A stretch of 64,000 bases of DNA from Nemertoderma westbladi. Taxonomy: Eukaryota > Animalia > Xenacoelomorpha. Within the stretch, counting starts at the first letter, position 1. Every line of letters begins with the position of its first letter. The notes beneath the pieces are model-generated. The model was not told the DNA's origin. It did no database searches and saw only the letters and a list, made by a program, of their open reading frames with translations. The DNA lies in the NCBI GenBank assembly GCA_032718475.1, contig JAUCBJ010009048.1, positions 124,001 through 188,000 of the forward strand, in the 5' to 3' direction. Of the stretch, positions 13,028-27,700 are shown one piece after another. Both the position numbers and the translations under genes were made by a program.

Positions 13028-13723
13028 ATGGATTCACCACAAACTTCCACCAGTGACACCAACAACCCTTCATCTAGAAACCTTCTACCAACACCCGAGG
13101 AACCAAATCCAACTTTACCGATAATCCCTGTGAATGAATCCAGTTCCACAGGATATAAACGCAATCCCCCCAAAGTGAACCATCCGGTGTTGGAATGCCG
13201 AATATGTGAAGACGTATTCTCTCTGCAGGGAGAGAAAGTTCCTCGCCTGCTTCTATGTGGCCACAGTTTCTGCCATGTTTGTCTGTGCCATCTGTCTCAC
13301 AACGGGCGCTACCTGCACTGCCCGCTGGACAGACATGTGACAAAACTCGGCGACGCAGGAGTCTGGGATCTAAAGAAAAACTTTGCATTGCTCGATCTTT
13401 TAGAGAAGCTATCTACTGGATTTGGGTTAGAATCATCCGTGGATGAAACCACCAAACCGGTGCAGTGCGATGAGAATGAGGACCATGAGGCTGCCATGTA
13501 TTGCACCGTATGTAGTACCAATCTGTGTCCGGAGTGCGCCAAACAAACGCATTCAACTCGAACCCTCGCTAAACACAAACTGGTACCGGTCGCCGACAAA
13601 CCGAAACCCCAGCCCATGTGCCCCAACCATGTCACTCATAGTCAGGAGTTCTTCTGTCTGGAGGAGCAGTGTCAGTCTGAGCCAATGATATGCATTCTTT
13701 GTAAGGATTACGGAAAACATCAG
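13028..13723 (+). CDS. TRIM23: TRIM23/ARD1 exon 1 (RING finger, B-boxes)
   Basis: LECRICEDVFSLQGEKVPRLLLCGHSFCHVC...CPLDR, GVWDLKKNFALL and B-box CDENEDH; donor CAG|GTAGAC, phase 0. Confidence 0.93.
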
Positions 13724-14463
13724 GTAGACAGTCAGACTAGTATTATATTATTATTTTTATTATGTTAAACTAAATCATCAGGTACAACGTGCCATTAATA
13801 AGTATTCATGGTATTGGCATTTGTTTGTAAAGTAGCACTTTTGGAAATTGTGCTAATACGAGTTGTTACTTAAACGAACGAAAGTTGTGGGTGGGTGAAA
13901 TGAAAATAAGGATACAGAGACGGAAAACCTTAAAGACAAATGCAACAAGTACAGTAGTTGCGTTGTTTTATTCCAAAAGTGTAACATTATGAAACACCTA
14001 CTTAGAAACACTGCATGTAAATTTTTGTTGTCAAGTACAGAAGTAAGGAGTACATTTTTTGAAATTACTCAAATGTTACAATATGAATTATAGAAAGAAT
14101 ATTAAAGACTACTTCAGTAGGCCTAGTCCTTGTATTTATGTACTACGTTCTACTTTACTACATAACATACTACGTACTGTGGACTGTGGTCCGGTATACG
14201 ACTATGCTACAGATACGGTATGTCTGAATGAATAATGACTAGCTGTTTGTTATGTTTATTAATATCGCCAGAATAACAATAAAATATTAATTTTTTAATT
14301 TCAAATTTTTATTTTTAATTTAATTTAATAATGGTAGGCCTATTCAGGTAAAATTAGTAAAATCATTAAAATTATAGTTTATTTACAGTACTTACAGTTG
14401 GTGCATGTTAATTATTTAAAAAAATGATTACAGTAAAATTAAATTAAAAACCGGCAAAGCATA

Positions 14464-15066
14464 GGGGCTATTCACATATTACGTAACGCTCAGAAGGGGG
14501 GGAGGGGTCTGCCTGAAACGTTACTATTTTGTTACAATGGGGTGGGGGGGTTCGGGAATAATCGTTACGTAACGCTGAAATCTGGGTAAGAAAGTAATTT
14601 ATTTCAATTTGCCAAAAGTTACAATACAAAACATTTATATTTAAATATGAAAGTCTTTAATATAACTTTCATAAAATTATTATTGATTACAATACTCCCA
14701 TTGGATGCAATAAATCTATAGGCTAGGTAACTAACTACCTGTGCTACCGGTACAATGTACTTTACATGTACATACTGATTATGAGTACGACATACAGACA
14801 TAATTTCATATTGAAATAGTTCATGAGTTTCTTTGAATTTGTATTAATTACTATTAATTAAATAATAATAATAATATATTATTAATATAATATATTATGT
14901 TAATAAAATAAATCAATGAATAAAATTATACTCAAGCTAGCGTTACGTTACTAGATAGGGGGGGGGGGGGGGGGGGGTTAACAAAAAATGTTACTATGTG
15001 TTACAAGGGGGGGGGGGGGGGTCAAAAAATGGCAAAATTGGCGTTACGTAATATGTGAACAGCCCC
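14464..15066. mobile_element. MITE (PIF/Harbinger-like) in TRIM23 intron 1
   Basis: 26-bp TIRs GGGGCT(A/G)TTCACATATTACGTAACGC, flanked by ATA on both sides. Confidence 0.8.
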
Positions 15067-16483
15067 ATACTTAGGTTCAAGGGCTTCAACAACATACAGT
15101 ACTAAAGGCAAACCATATTAATAAGGGACAATTTTACAATACTCTATAGGATACAACACAACAATACATAGTTATACGGAATATAAATTTGGTACCATAG
15201 GTATTTTTATTTTAGATTTATTTTAAACTTTGTAGATATTTTGAACTATTTTACATTTATTTTAAACTGTTGCAAATTTGTATGCTCTATATAACCTACC
15301 GTAAGTGTACCTGTACCTGGTTTACCGTAAGTGTACCTGGTTTACCGTAAGTGTACCTGGTTTGTTTTTCTCCGGTGTCTTTATTTTAATTAATATTTCA
15401 CTGTTAAATAATAAATAATAATAAAATAAATTATCTTTCAAATTGAGAACTATAAATTATTACGGGAATGTCAGTGGAACACTCTTAGACTGTGATGATT
15501 GTATACAGTCTATGTTAATCTACTTAGAAATAATACCACAATAAATGAGTTTATTTGATATTATAAAAGTTGGTACAAATGAAGCTGAGGGAGATTAATC
15601 AGATTTAGAGTTTCAAAGATTCGATTTTGGTAAATGAACAACGAACAAACATTAATAATAAGTAAATATGATTAAATATACATTTTGATTTATAGGTCTT
15701 TTTATTTCAAACGCTGTGGTAATGTTTATATTTTTAAATTTGTTGTTTTAAATATTTTGTTTTATAAATATTTATAAACAAGTTCAATAAATTTATAAAT
15801 GACTATTTTCATTCATAAATTTCACTAACATTAGAAAAAAACACCTGATTGAGTAAGGCAGCATCAGGTGTTGAAGAGTGCAATAAATTGATTAGCAGTA
15901 ACTATATGGAAGCAATATAGTAAAATATCCCTACAGTTCAATTTATTTTGTAACACTACAGTATATCGCTTTATTGTTTATTAAAGAATGGAGCAACAAA
16001 AAAAGTACCAAATTAAGAATAAGATTACGTATTACATGGGAAAATAACGTAGAACATTTTTTTTGCCATTATTCTCTCGACCCTTTATCAATTAATTATA
16101 TATATACTTAAATAATTACCGCGAGAATGGTTAAAAAAATTATACTTTTTTTCCAAAAAAAAATTATATTATAAGTATTATTTTTTTTATGTGTTTTTTT
16201 ATAACAAAATTAATTTTTTTTTTCTATATTTTATTATTAAATATTGATGAACTTTTCCAAAACATTATTAGCTATACATTTTTTTTGTTTTAATGGTAAA
16301 GCGGTATGTCTAGTGTTTAAACGGGATCGCGATGCAATCCCGTTTGCATTTCCCGTTAACAGTCCCGATCCTGACTTTTTTTGGAACGGTCCCGAGTATA
16401 AAAATAATAGTGGAGTAAATTTCTTGAATATCGATTGAATAGTTTGCACCGGGACAGAAATAGAGTTAGTTTTGATTTGGGGC

Positions 16484-16538
16484 CGAGGTGTACTAAATAA
16501 TATTTAGTACTTAGTATTTAGTTATTTAGTACACCTTG
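16484..16538. mobile_element. 55-bp mini-MITE with 8-bp TSD (P/hAT-like)
   Basis: TIRs C(G/A)AGGTGTACTAAATAA; TSD TTTGGGGC at 16476-16483 and 16539-16546. Confidence 0.7.
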
Positions 16539-17059
16539 TTTGGGGCCTATATCGAATGTATATTGTATATGTCAGTAAACCATCAAGTAATCAATTGTAA
16601 GATAATTTTAATAATATATTAATATAATGATTTTAATATTTTAATAATATGTTAATAAACAAACCAGTATTCACCTACCTGTATAAATAATTTTAATGAT
16701 ATTACATCTTACTAATATTTCAGCAGTGTGAAATAAAGTGATATAATTTTACCAAAAATGCGTTTTATACTAACACAAATACTGAAAACTTGAAGATATT
16801 TTTATTCAAAATTCCAATTCCGATCTTGCAACTTTGATCTCGTTTAAACACTTATATAGTATGTACGTAAAGATAGTATATATACATAGGCTATACTCAT
16901 ACTGCTTTACTAGTTCTAGTTACATTAATAATTAAAAAATATATTGATAATATCAGTTTATTACAAATCTTACTATCAAAAAAAGAAGGTGTGATTGAAC
17001 TCGGTACCTAGAGATTCCAAGCCCCAACATTTTATAACTTTTTTTACACCATATTATAG

Positions 17060-17851
17060 GGTCACAAACACACTTTGTTGGTCAATATCGCCCAGGAAGT
17101 GAGAAACAGTATAACCGAAACCGTCCAACATATTTCCTCGTTCACTGGCGAACTATCCGACGGCATCCGACGCATTAACGAATGCGTCACCGCCATCGAG
17201 GGGTCGGACCGGCTGGACACAGACTCCCGTACCGACAATCGTGTCGCCACGTCCGACCCCGACGTCGGCACTGCAGAGGCAGCGCGATGCCGCGTTCGAC
17301 AGTATTTCCGCGAACTCCATACAACGCTACAACGACAGGAAGATGCGGCCCTGTCGGTAGTGGACGCCTTCGTGCACGAACGACTCAGCGCAATCAGACA
17401 GCAGCAAGAGGACATGGCTATACTGATGAGCCGAATGTCTGCGGCGGGGCTGGACTGCGAGCGCCGACTAGACAGCGCGGACACCGAGTTTGTTTCCTAT
17501 CGCTCCGACGTGCTCAATCTACTAGCTACCGTCCGAACTCAACAATCACAGTACCTCGATCTGTCTCATCAACTACCCCTTGATCCCGCTGTCCCTGTTA
17601 CCTTCACTAAGGACAACCGCGCACATATCGGTCCCAAAATAGAAATGCGAGTTGTGTTACTAGGCCTGGACAACTCTGGTAAGACGTCGATTCTGTTTCA
17701 ATTAAAGCAGAATGAGTTTGTGCAGAGTATACCAACTATTGGGTTTAATGTGGAGACCGTGGAATATAAGAATCTTCTGTTTACGTTTTGGGATGTTGGC
17801 GGAGACCCTAAACTGAGACCATTGTGGAAACATTACTACCTCAACACACAG
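17060..17851 (+). CDS. TRIM23: TRIM23/ARD1 exon 2 (coiled coil and N-half of ARF domain)
   Basis: Acceptor TATAG|GGT joins KHQ to GHKH. Contains [42 protein letters not shown] and WDVGG. Donor CAG|GTGAGG. Confidence 0.93.
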
Positions 17852-20800
17852 GTGAGGCATAAATAGTAAGTTCTGAACACACAGGTGAGGCATAAATAGT
17901 AAGTTCTGAACACACAGGTGAGGCATAAATAGTAAGTTCTGAACACACAGGTGAGGCATAAATAGTAAGTTCTGAACACACAGGTGAGGCATAAATAGTA
18001 AGTTCTGAACACACAGGTGAGGCATAAATAGTAAGTTCTGAACACACAGGTGAGGCATAAATAGTAAGTTCTGAACACACAGGTGAGGCATAAATAGTAA
18101 GTTCTGAACACACAGGTGAGGCATAAATAGTAAGTTCTGAACACACAGGTGAGGCATAAATAGTAAGTTCTGAACACACAGGTGAGGCATAAATAGTAAG
18201 TTCTGAACACACAGGTGAGGCATAAATAGTAAGTTCTGAACACACAGGTGAGGCATAAATAGTAAGTTCTGAACACACAGGTGAGGCATAAATAGTAAGT
18301 TCTGAACACACAGGTGAGGCATAAATAGTAAGTTCTGAACACACAGGTGAGGCATAAATAGTAAGTTCTGAACACACAGGTGAGGCATAAATAGTAAGTT
18401 CTGAACACACAGGTGAGGCATAAATAGTAAGTTCTGAACACACAGGTGAGGCATAAATAGTAAGTTCTGAACACACAGGTGAGGCATAAATAGTAAGTTC
18501 TGAACACACAGGTGAGGCATAAATAGTAAGTTCTGAACACACAGGTGAGGCATAAATAGTAAGTTCTGAACACACAGGTGAGGCATAAATAGTAAGTTCT
18601 GAACACACAGGTGAGGCATAAATAGTAAGTTCTGAACACACAGGTGAGGCATAAATAGTAAGTTCTGAACACACAGGTGAGGCATAAATAGTAAGTTCTG
18701 AACACACAGGTGAGGCATAAATAGTAAGTTCTGAACACACAGGTGAGGCATAAATAGTAAGTTCTGAACACACAGGTGAGGCATAAATAGTAAGTTCTGA
18801 ACACACAGGTGAGGCATAAATAGTAAGTTCTGAACACACAGGTGAGGCATAAATAGTAAGTTCTGAACACACAGGTGAGGCATAAATAGTAAGTTCTGAA
18901 CACACAGGTGAGGCATAAATAGTAAGTTCTGAACACACAGGTGAGGCATAAATAGTAAGTTCTGAACACACAGGTGAGGCATAAATAGTAAGTTCTGAAC
19001 ACACAGGTGAGGCATAAATAGTAAGTTCTGAACACACAGGTGAGGCATAAATAGTAAGTTCTGAACACACAGGTGAGGCATAAATAGTAAGTTCTGAACA
19101 CACAGGTGAGGCATAAATAGTAAGTTCTGAACACACAGGTGAGGCATAAATAGTAAGTTCTGAACACACAGGTGAGGCATAAATAGTAAGTTCTGAACAC
19201 ACAGGTGAGGCATAAATAGTAAGTTCTGAACACACAGGTGAGGCATAAATAGTAAGTTCTGAACACACAGGTGAGGCATAAATAGTAAGTTCTGAACACA
19301 CAGGTGAGGCATAAATAGTAAGTTCTGAACACACAGGTGAGGCATAAATAGTAAGTTCTGAACACACAGGTGAGGCATAAATAGTAAGTTCTGAACACAC
19401 AGGTGAGGCATAAATAGTAAGTTCTGAACACACAGGTGAGGCATAAATAGTAAGTTCTGAACACACAGGTGAGGCATAAATAGTAAGTTCTGAACACACA
19501 GGTGAGGCATAAATAGTAAGTTCTGAACACACAGGTGAGGCATAAATAGTAAGTTCTGAACACACAGGTGAGGCATAAATAGTAAGTTCTGAACACACAG
19601 GTGAGGCATAAATAGTAAGTTCTGAACACACAGGTGAGGCATAAATAGTAAGTTCTGAACACACAGGGTGAGGCATAAATAGTAAGTTCTGAACACACAG
19701 GTGAGGCATAAATAGTAAGTTCTGAACACACAGGTGAGGCATAAATAGTAAGTTCTGAACACACAGGTGAGGCATAAATAGTAAGTTCTGAACACACAGG
19801 TGAGGCATAAATAGTAAGTTCTGAACACACAGGTGAGGCATAAATAGTAAGTTCTGAACACACAGGTGAGGCATAAATAGTAAGTTCTGAACACACAGGT
19901 GAGGCATAAATAGTAAGTTCTGAACACACAGGTGAGGCATAAATAGTAAGTTCTGAACACACAGGTGAGGCATAAATAGTAAGTTCTGAACACACAGGTG
20001 AGGCATAAATAGTAAGTTCTGAACACACAGGTGAGGCATAAATAGTAAGTTCTGAACACACAGGTGAGGCATAAATAGTAAGTTCTGAACACACAGGTGA
20101 GGCATAAATAGTAAGTTCTGAACACACAGGTGAGGCATAAATAGTAAGTTCTGAACACACAGGTGAGGCATAAATAGTAAGTTCTGAACACACAGGTGAG
20201 GCATAAATAGTAAGTTCTGAACACACAGGTGAGGCATAAATAGTAAGTTCTGAACACACAGGTGAGGCATAAATAGTAAGTTCTGAACACACAGGTGAGG
20301 CATAAATAGTAAGTTCTGAACACACAGGTGAGGCATAAATAGTAAGTTCTGAACACACAGGTGAGGCATAAATAGTAAGTTCTGAACACACAGGTGAGGC
20401 ATAAATAGTAAGTTCTGAACACACAGGTGAGGCATAAATAGTAAGTTCTGAACACACAGGTGAGGCATAAATAGTAAGTTCTGAACACACAGGTGAGGCA
20501 TAAATAGTAAGTTCTGAACACACAGGTGAGGCATAAATAGTAAGTTCTGAACACACAGGTGAGGCATAAATAGTAAGTTCTGAACACACAGGTGAGGCAT
20601 AAATAGTAAGTTCTGAACACACAGGTGAGGCATAAATAGTAAGTTCTGAACACACAGGTGAGGCATAAATAGTAAGTTCTGAACACACAGGTGAGGCATA
20701 AATAGTAAGTTCTGAACACACAGGTGAGGCATAAATAGTAAGTTCTGAACACACAGGTGAGGCATAAATAGTAAGTTCTGAACACACAGGTGAGGCATAA

Positions 20801-23800
20801 ATAGTAAGTTCTGAACACACAGGTGAGGCATAAATAGTAAGTTCTGAACACACAGGTGAGGCATAAATAGTAAGTTCTGAACACACAGGTGAGGCATAAA
20901 TAGTAAGTTCTGAACACACAGGTGAGGCATAAATAGTAAGTTCTGAACACACAGGTGAGGCATAAATAGTAAGTTCTGAACACACAGGTGAGGCATAAAT
21001 AGTAAGTTCTGAACACACAGGTGAGGCATAAATAGTAAGTTCTGAACACACAGGTGAGGCATAAATAGTAAGTTCTGAACACACAGGTGAGGCATAAATA
21101 GTAAGTTCTGAACACACAGGTGAGGCATAAATAGTAAGTTCTGAACACACAGGTGAGGCATAAATAGTAAGTTCTGAACACACAGGTGAGGCATAAATAG
21201 TAAGTTCTGAACACACAGGTGAGGCATAAATAGTAAGTTCTGAACACACAGGTGAGGCATAAATAGTAAGTTCTGAACACACAGGTGAGGCATAAATAGT
21301 AAGTTCTGAACACACAGGTGAGGCATAAATAGTAAGTTCTGAACACACAGGTGAGGCATAAATAGTAAGTTCTGAACACACAGGTGAGGCATAAATAGTA
21401 AGTTCTGAACACACAGGTGAGGCATAAATAGTAAGTTCTGAACACACAGGTGAGGCATAAATAGTAAGTTCTGAACACACAGGTGAGGCATAAATAGTAA
21501 GTTCTGAACACACAGGTGAGGCATAAATAGTAAGTTCTGAACACACAGGTGAGGCATAAATAGTAAGTTCTGAACACACAGGTGAGGCATAAATAGTAAG
21601 TTCTGAACACACAGGTGAGGCATAAATAGTAAGTTCTGAACACACAGGTGAGGCATAAATAGTAAGTTCTGAACACACAGGTGAGGCATAAATAGTAAGT
21701 TCTGAACACACAGGTGAGGCATAAATAGTAAGTTCTGAACACACAGGTGAGGCATAAATAGTAAGTTCTGAACACACAGGTGAGGCATAAATAGTAAGTT
21801 CTGAACACACAGGTGAGGCATAAATAGTAAGTTCTGAACACACAGGTGAGGCATAAATAGTAAGTTCTGAACACACAGGTGAGGCATAAATAGTAAGTTC
21901 TGAACACACAGGTGAGGCATAAATAGTAAGTTCTGAACACACAGGTGAGGCATAAATAGTAAGTTCTGAACACACAGGTGAGGCATAAATAGTAAGTTCT
22001 GAACACACAGGTGAGGCATAAATAGTAAGTTCTGAACACACAGGTGAGGCATAAATAGTAAGTTCTGAACACACAGGTGAGGCATAAATAGTAAGTTCTG
22101 AACACACAGGTGAGGCATAAATAGTAAGTTCTGAACACACAGGTGAGGCATAAATAGTAAGTTCTGAACACACAGGTGAGGCATAAATAGTAAGTTCTGA
22201 ACACACAGGTGAGGCATAAATAGTAAGTTCTGAACACACAGGTGAGGCATAAATAGTAAGTTCTGAACACACAGGTGAGGCATAAATAGTAAGTTCTGAA
22301 CACACAGGTGAGGCATAAATAGTAAGTTCTGAACACACAGGTGAGGCATAAATAGTAAGTTCTGAACACACAGGTGAGGCATAAATAGTAAGTTCTGAAC
22401 ACACAGGTGAGGCATAAATAGTAAGTTCTGAACACACAGGTGAGGCATAAATAGTAAGTTCTGAACACACAGGTGAGGCATAAATAGTAAGTTCTGAACA
22501 CACAGGTGAGGCATAAATAGTAAGTTCTGAACACACAGGTGAGGCATAAATAGTAAGTTCTGAACACACAGGTGAGGCATAAATAGTAAGTTCTGAACAC
22601 ACAGGTGAGGCATAAATAGTAAGTTCTGAACACACAGGTGAGGCATAAATAGTAAGTTCTGAACACACAGGTGAGGCATAAATAGTAAGTTCTGAACACA
22701 CAGGTGAGGCATAAATAGTAAGTTCTGAACACACAGGTGAGGCATAAATAGTAAGTTCTGAACACACAGGTGAGGCATAAATAGTAAGTTCTGAACACAC
22801 AGGTGAGGCATAAATAGTAAGTTCTGAACACACAGGTGAGGCATAAATAGTAAGTTCTGAACACACAGGTGAGGCATAAATAGTAAGTTCTGAACACACA
22901 GGTGAGGCATAAATAGTAAGTTCTGAACACACAGGTGAGGCATAAATAGTAAGTTCTGAACACACAGGTGAGGCATAAATAGTAAGTTCTGAACACACAG
23001 GTGAGGCATAAATAGTAAGTTCTGAACACACAGGTGAGGCATAAATAGTAAGTTCTGAACACACAGGTGAGGCATAAATAGTAAGTTCTGAACACACAGG
23101 TGAGGCATAAATAGTAAGTTCTGAACACACAGGTGAGGCATAAATAGTAAGTTCTGAACACACAGGTGAGGCATAAATAGTAAGTTCTGAACACACAGGT
23201 GAGGCATAAATAGTAAGTTCTGAACACACAGGTGAGGCATAAATAGTAAGTTCTGAACACACAGGTGAGGCATAAATAGTAAGTTCTGAACACACAGGTG
23301 AGGCATAAATAGTAAGTTCTGAACACACAGGTGAGGCATAAATAGTAAGTTCTGAACACACAGGTGAGGCATAAATAGTAAGTTCTGAACACACAGGTGA
23401 GGCATAAATAGTAAGTTCTGAACACACAGGTGAGGCATAAATAGTAAGTTCTGAACACACAGGTGAGGCATAAATAGTAAGTTCTGAACACACAGGTGAG
23501 GCATAAATAGTAAGTTCTGAACACACAGGTGAGGCATAAATAGTAAGTTCTGAACACACAGGTGAGGCATAAATAGTAAGTTCTGAACACACAGGTGAGG
23601 CATAAATAGTAAGTTCTGAACACACAGGTGAGGCATAAATAGTAAGTTCTGAACACACAGGTGAGGCATAAATAGTAAGTTCTGAACACACAGGTGAGGC
23701 ATAAATAGTAAGTTCTGAACACACAGGTGAGGCATAAATAGTAAGTTCTGAACACACAGGTGAGGCATAAATAGTAAGTTCTGAACACACAGGTGAGGCA

Positions 23801-25451
23801 TAAATAGTAAGTTCTGAACACACAGGTGAGGCATAAATAGTAAGTTCTGAACACACAGGTGAGGCATAAATAGTAAGTTCTGAACACACAGGTGAGGCAT
23901 AAATAGTAAGTTCTGAACACACAGGTGAGGCATAAATAGTAAGTTCTGAACACACAGGTGAGGCATAAATAGTAAGTTCTGAACACACAGGTGAGGCATA
24001 AATAGTAAGTTCTGAACACACAGGTGAGGCATAAATAGTAAGTTCTGAACACACAGGTGAGGCATAAATAGTAAGTTCTGAACACACAGGTGAGGCATAA
24101 ATAGTAAGTTCTGAACACACAGGTGAGGCATAAATAGTAAGTTCTGAACACACAGGTGAGGCATAAATAGTAAGTTCTGAACACACAGGTGAGGCATAAA
24201 TAGTAAGTTCTGAACACACAGGTGAGGCATAAATAGTAAGTTCTGAACACACAGGTGAGGCATAAATAGTAAGTTCTGAACACACAGGTGAGGCATAAAT
24301 AGTAAGTTCTGAACACACAGGTGAGGCATAAATAGTAAGTTCTGAACACACAGGTGAGGCATAAATAGTAAGTTCTGAACACACAGGTGAGGCATAAATA
24401 GTAAGTTCTGAACACACAGGTGAGGCATAAATAGTAAGTTCTGAACACACAGGTGAGGCATAAATAGTAAGTTCTGAACACACAGGTGAGGCATAAATAG
24501 TAAGTTCTGAACACACAGGTGAGGCATAAATAGTAAGTTCTGAACACACAGGTGAGGCATAAATAGTAAGTTCTGAACACACAGGTGAGGCATAAATAGT
24601 AAGTTCTGAACACACAGGTGAGGCATAAATAGTAAGTTCTGAACACACAGGTGAGGCATAAATAGTAAGTTCTGAACACACAGGTGAGGCATAAATAGTA
24701 AGTTCTGAACACACAGGTGAGGCATAAATAGTAAGTTCTGAACACACAGGTGAGGCATAAATAGTAAGTTCTGAACACACAGGTGAGGCATAAATAGTAA
24801 GTTCTGAACACACAGGTGAGGCATAAATAGTAAGTTCTGAACACACAGGTGAGGCATAAATAGTAAGTTCTGAACACACAGGTGAGGCATAAATAGTAAG
24901 TTCTGAACACACAGGTGAGGCATAAATAGTAAGTTCTGAACACACAGGTGAGGCATAAATAGTAAGTTCTGAACACACAGGTGAGGCATAAATAGTAAGT
25001 TCTGAACACACAGGTGAGGCATAAATAGTAAGTTCTNNNNNNNNNNNNNNNNNNNNNNNNNNNNNNNNNNNNNNNNNNNNNNNNNNNNNNNNNNNNNNNN
25101 NNNNNNNNNNNNNNNNNNNNNNNNNNNNNNNNNNNNACACACAGGTGAGGCATAAATAGTAAGTTCTGAACACACAGGTGAGGCATAAATAGTAAGTTCT
25201 GAACACACAGGTGAGGCATAAATAGTAAGTTCTGAACACACAGGTGAGGCATAAATAGTAAGTTCTGAACACACAGGTGAGGCATAAATAGTAAGTTCTG
25301 AACACACAGGTGAGGCATAAATAGTAAGTTCTGAACACACAGGTGAGGCATAAATAGTAAGTTCTGAACACACAGGTGAGGCATAAATAGTAAGTTCTGA
25401 ACACACAGGAGGTGAGGCATAAATAGTAAGTTCTGAACACACAGGTGAGGC
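17843..25451 (+). repeat. 33-bp minisatellite AACACACAGGTGAGGCATAAATAGTAAGTTCTG, about 227 copies or more
   Basis: 218 units before the N gap and about 9.5 after. Only two variants seen: an extra G near 19667 and an extra GAG near 25408. Confidence 0.98.
25037..25136. other. Assembly gap (100 N)
   Basis: Run of N inside the 33-bp array, so the true array length is unknown. Confidence 0.99.
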
Positions 25452-25625
25452 TACTGAGATTATTTCTCAGTATGTCCCTACCCCATACATTTACTATGTA
25501 TATTTCCAATATATCCACTATCCAGTATGTCACTGCGTCATTCTAAATTTAAAAAATCACATGACGTCATTCGAATACACACTATAACTATTTTACAATC
25601 CTAAAACTTACTTGAAATAGTTAAG

Positions 25626-25678
25626 AATCGAACCAGCAGCCTTTACATCCATAACCCGACGCGTTATCCACTGCGCTA
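25626..25678 (-). mobile_element. tRNA-derived SINE-like fragment
   Basis: Minus strand reads TAGCGCAGTGGATAACGCG...GGTTCGATT (A/B-box-like). Confidence 0.4.
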
Positions 25679-26775
25679 ATTTGTTACAAGATGAAAGTGT
25701 TTATAATTAGGAGCCCGCTCGACAGGCGGGATACTTACTGTAAGAATCTCAGGGATACATTACTGTAAAAATCTCAGGATATATACACTGACTGACTGAC
25801 TGACTGATAATTATCTAGGTTCAGGCACTTCCTGCCTGGCGATTTTGTTGAAATTTTACAAGTAAATTGCTTTGGTGGTTCATAATCGCGTTACAAAATA
25901 TCAGATCAATTCAATGTGTGGTATTCGATATATTTCGTTTTTTTGAAATTATTTTGTCGCGAAATTAAAAGCAATGGTAAAGTAACAACTCCTGCCTGAG
26001 CTGCTGCAGCAGCTAGCTGTGTATGAATGGTTGAGTTTAGGGCTGCCTGAGATAGAAAAATTCCATCAAGGCAGAATTTCTTGACTACACCCCTCGTGCT
26101 GCTGGCTGCTGTCTGAGTCTACACATCCTTTATCAGCTCTCAGGGATAGACAGAAAATAGTTGAGTTGTCAATAAACATAATAAAATATACAACTGCAGT
26201 AGGATTATATTATTATTCCACGAATCCTTGGGCTGATTATTTTGTATAGGATATATGTAGAATGTTCTTAAAAATATTATTCTTATTTTTTTTATTACAT
26301 ACGATTAGCATCATTTTTTAGCTGAAGCATTAATAGTGTAAATTAATTTAATTATATTTTAATACCATTACTACATTGGCATACTGTAAGATAAGTTTTA
26401 ACATTTCTTACAAATAGGGGTGCGAGCATAAAACGCAAATCACGCAAATTTAAAAGAACCGGGTGTGTTGTCATAGCAAAGTTTCATTTTTTATTATGTG
26501 GGACGAGCCACAAAGTCAGCTAGCCCCACTCCTTATAGTTTAGTTAGACAATTGTTTAGTTTACTTACTGCTGGCCGACAAGGTTTATTTGTAATAGTCT
26601 TGTAAATAGGATTCTTCCCCCGGGCTCCTTCCAGCCAGCTTGCTGGCTTTCTAGTTAACATTGTGCATAATTGCAAATAATTCACGACAAATAAATAAAA
26701 TTAGATTCGCTATTGTTCATAATTTGCACTTTAGAGCTTCTATGGGCCCACGTTTTGTTGTTTTTTCCATTGCTT

Positions 26776-27700
26776 TAGCTCGGGAAACAACAAGCTCGGC
26801 GGCACTAAGCCAGGCCCTTAAGAACAAGGGATGGACCTCTGAATGGCTGCCTGTTGAAACCGTATCTCACCTCTGGAGAACAGTTGCACTGCCTGTAATT
26901 TTATACGAGCTGAGATTACACATTGGTTACCTCTCCCAGAACGACATGGATAGACTCGATGCCGCCCACAGAAATGCTCTGCGCAGCTTACTCTACATTG
27001 GGCGCTATGTTAGCAACCCCACACTGGAGCACCTTACGAGCATCAATGCCCTATCAGTGGAAGCAATGCGACAAGCGGTGGGAACCATGGTGCGAATTAT
27101 AGATTGTCCCAGCAAGGCTTTACAGGGATCGTTTATTAACTGCTCTGTTGCTAGTCTCGATGGAACCTCTGGGTCACGGTATCGGGGAGTGCTAAACTCT
27201 TTTATAAAAGCGCTATCTATCTTTCCCCTTCCACAGCTTGAGTCCCTATTGATGTACCGCTATGACAAGAAGTCGCTGTCGAATCGTATTTCGCACGGAG
27301 CAGCATTGACTGGGGATAAGGCCAAGGCCAGCTTTATCGAAGAAACATTTAATCTTAGAACATTGAGTCTCGGAGAAAAAAGAACCAGAATTAGGGAACT
27401 TTATTAGAACTTCGGTATTGTGTAATACACTGTGTTCCCTGTGCAGTATTAATGACTCTGCATCATTTGGAAGCAGAGCAAACCCCGAGGTCATAATTCT
27501 TTTTTTTTTTTTTTCATTTGCATCCATCCATGGCTATTTTAAATGCTTTGTTCTTCCTTTTAATTTGAATATATTGTATCCTTTATTTTGTATCACTGGT
27601 GCAGTGTGTGAAACTTTGTTCGCTTTTTATTTCTTATTAACGTGCAGCGAACTTTTACTGTTGTCGGCTGGGTCCGAATTAAATGAATTAATTAATTAAT
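26776..27700 (+). mobile_element. LINE 3' fragment (post-RT region) in TRIM23 intron 2
   Basis: LWRTVALPVILY...MDRLDAAHRNALRSLL...VSN resembles LINE ORF2 C-terminal to the RT; AT microsatellite-like tail at ~27680-27700; boundaries approximate. Confidence 0.55.

Noticed and set aside
17702-25533. Three ~2550-aa minus-strand ORFs
   Set aside because: They arise because a 33-bp unit lacks stops on one strand. All three frames are open, they cross an N gap, and they are antisense to a TRIM23 intron.
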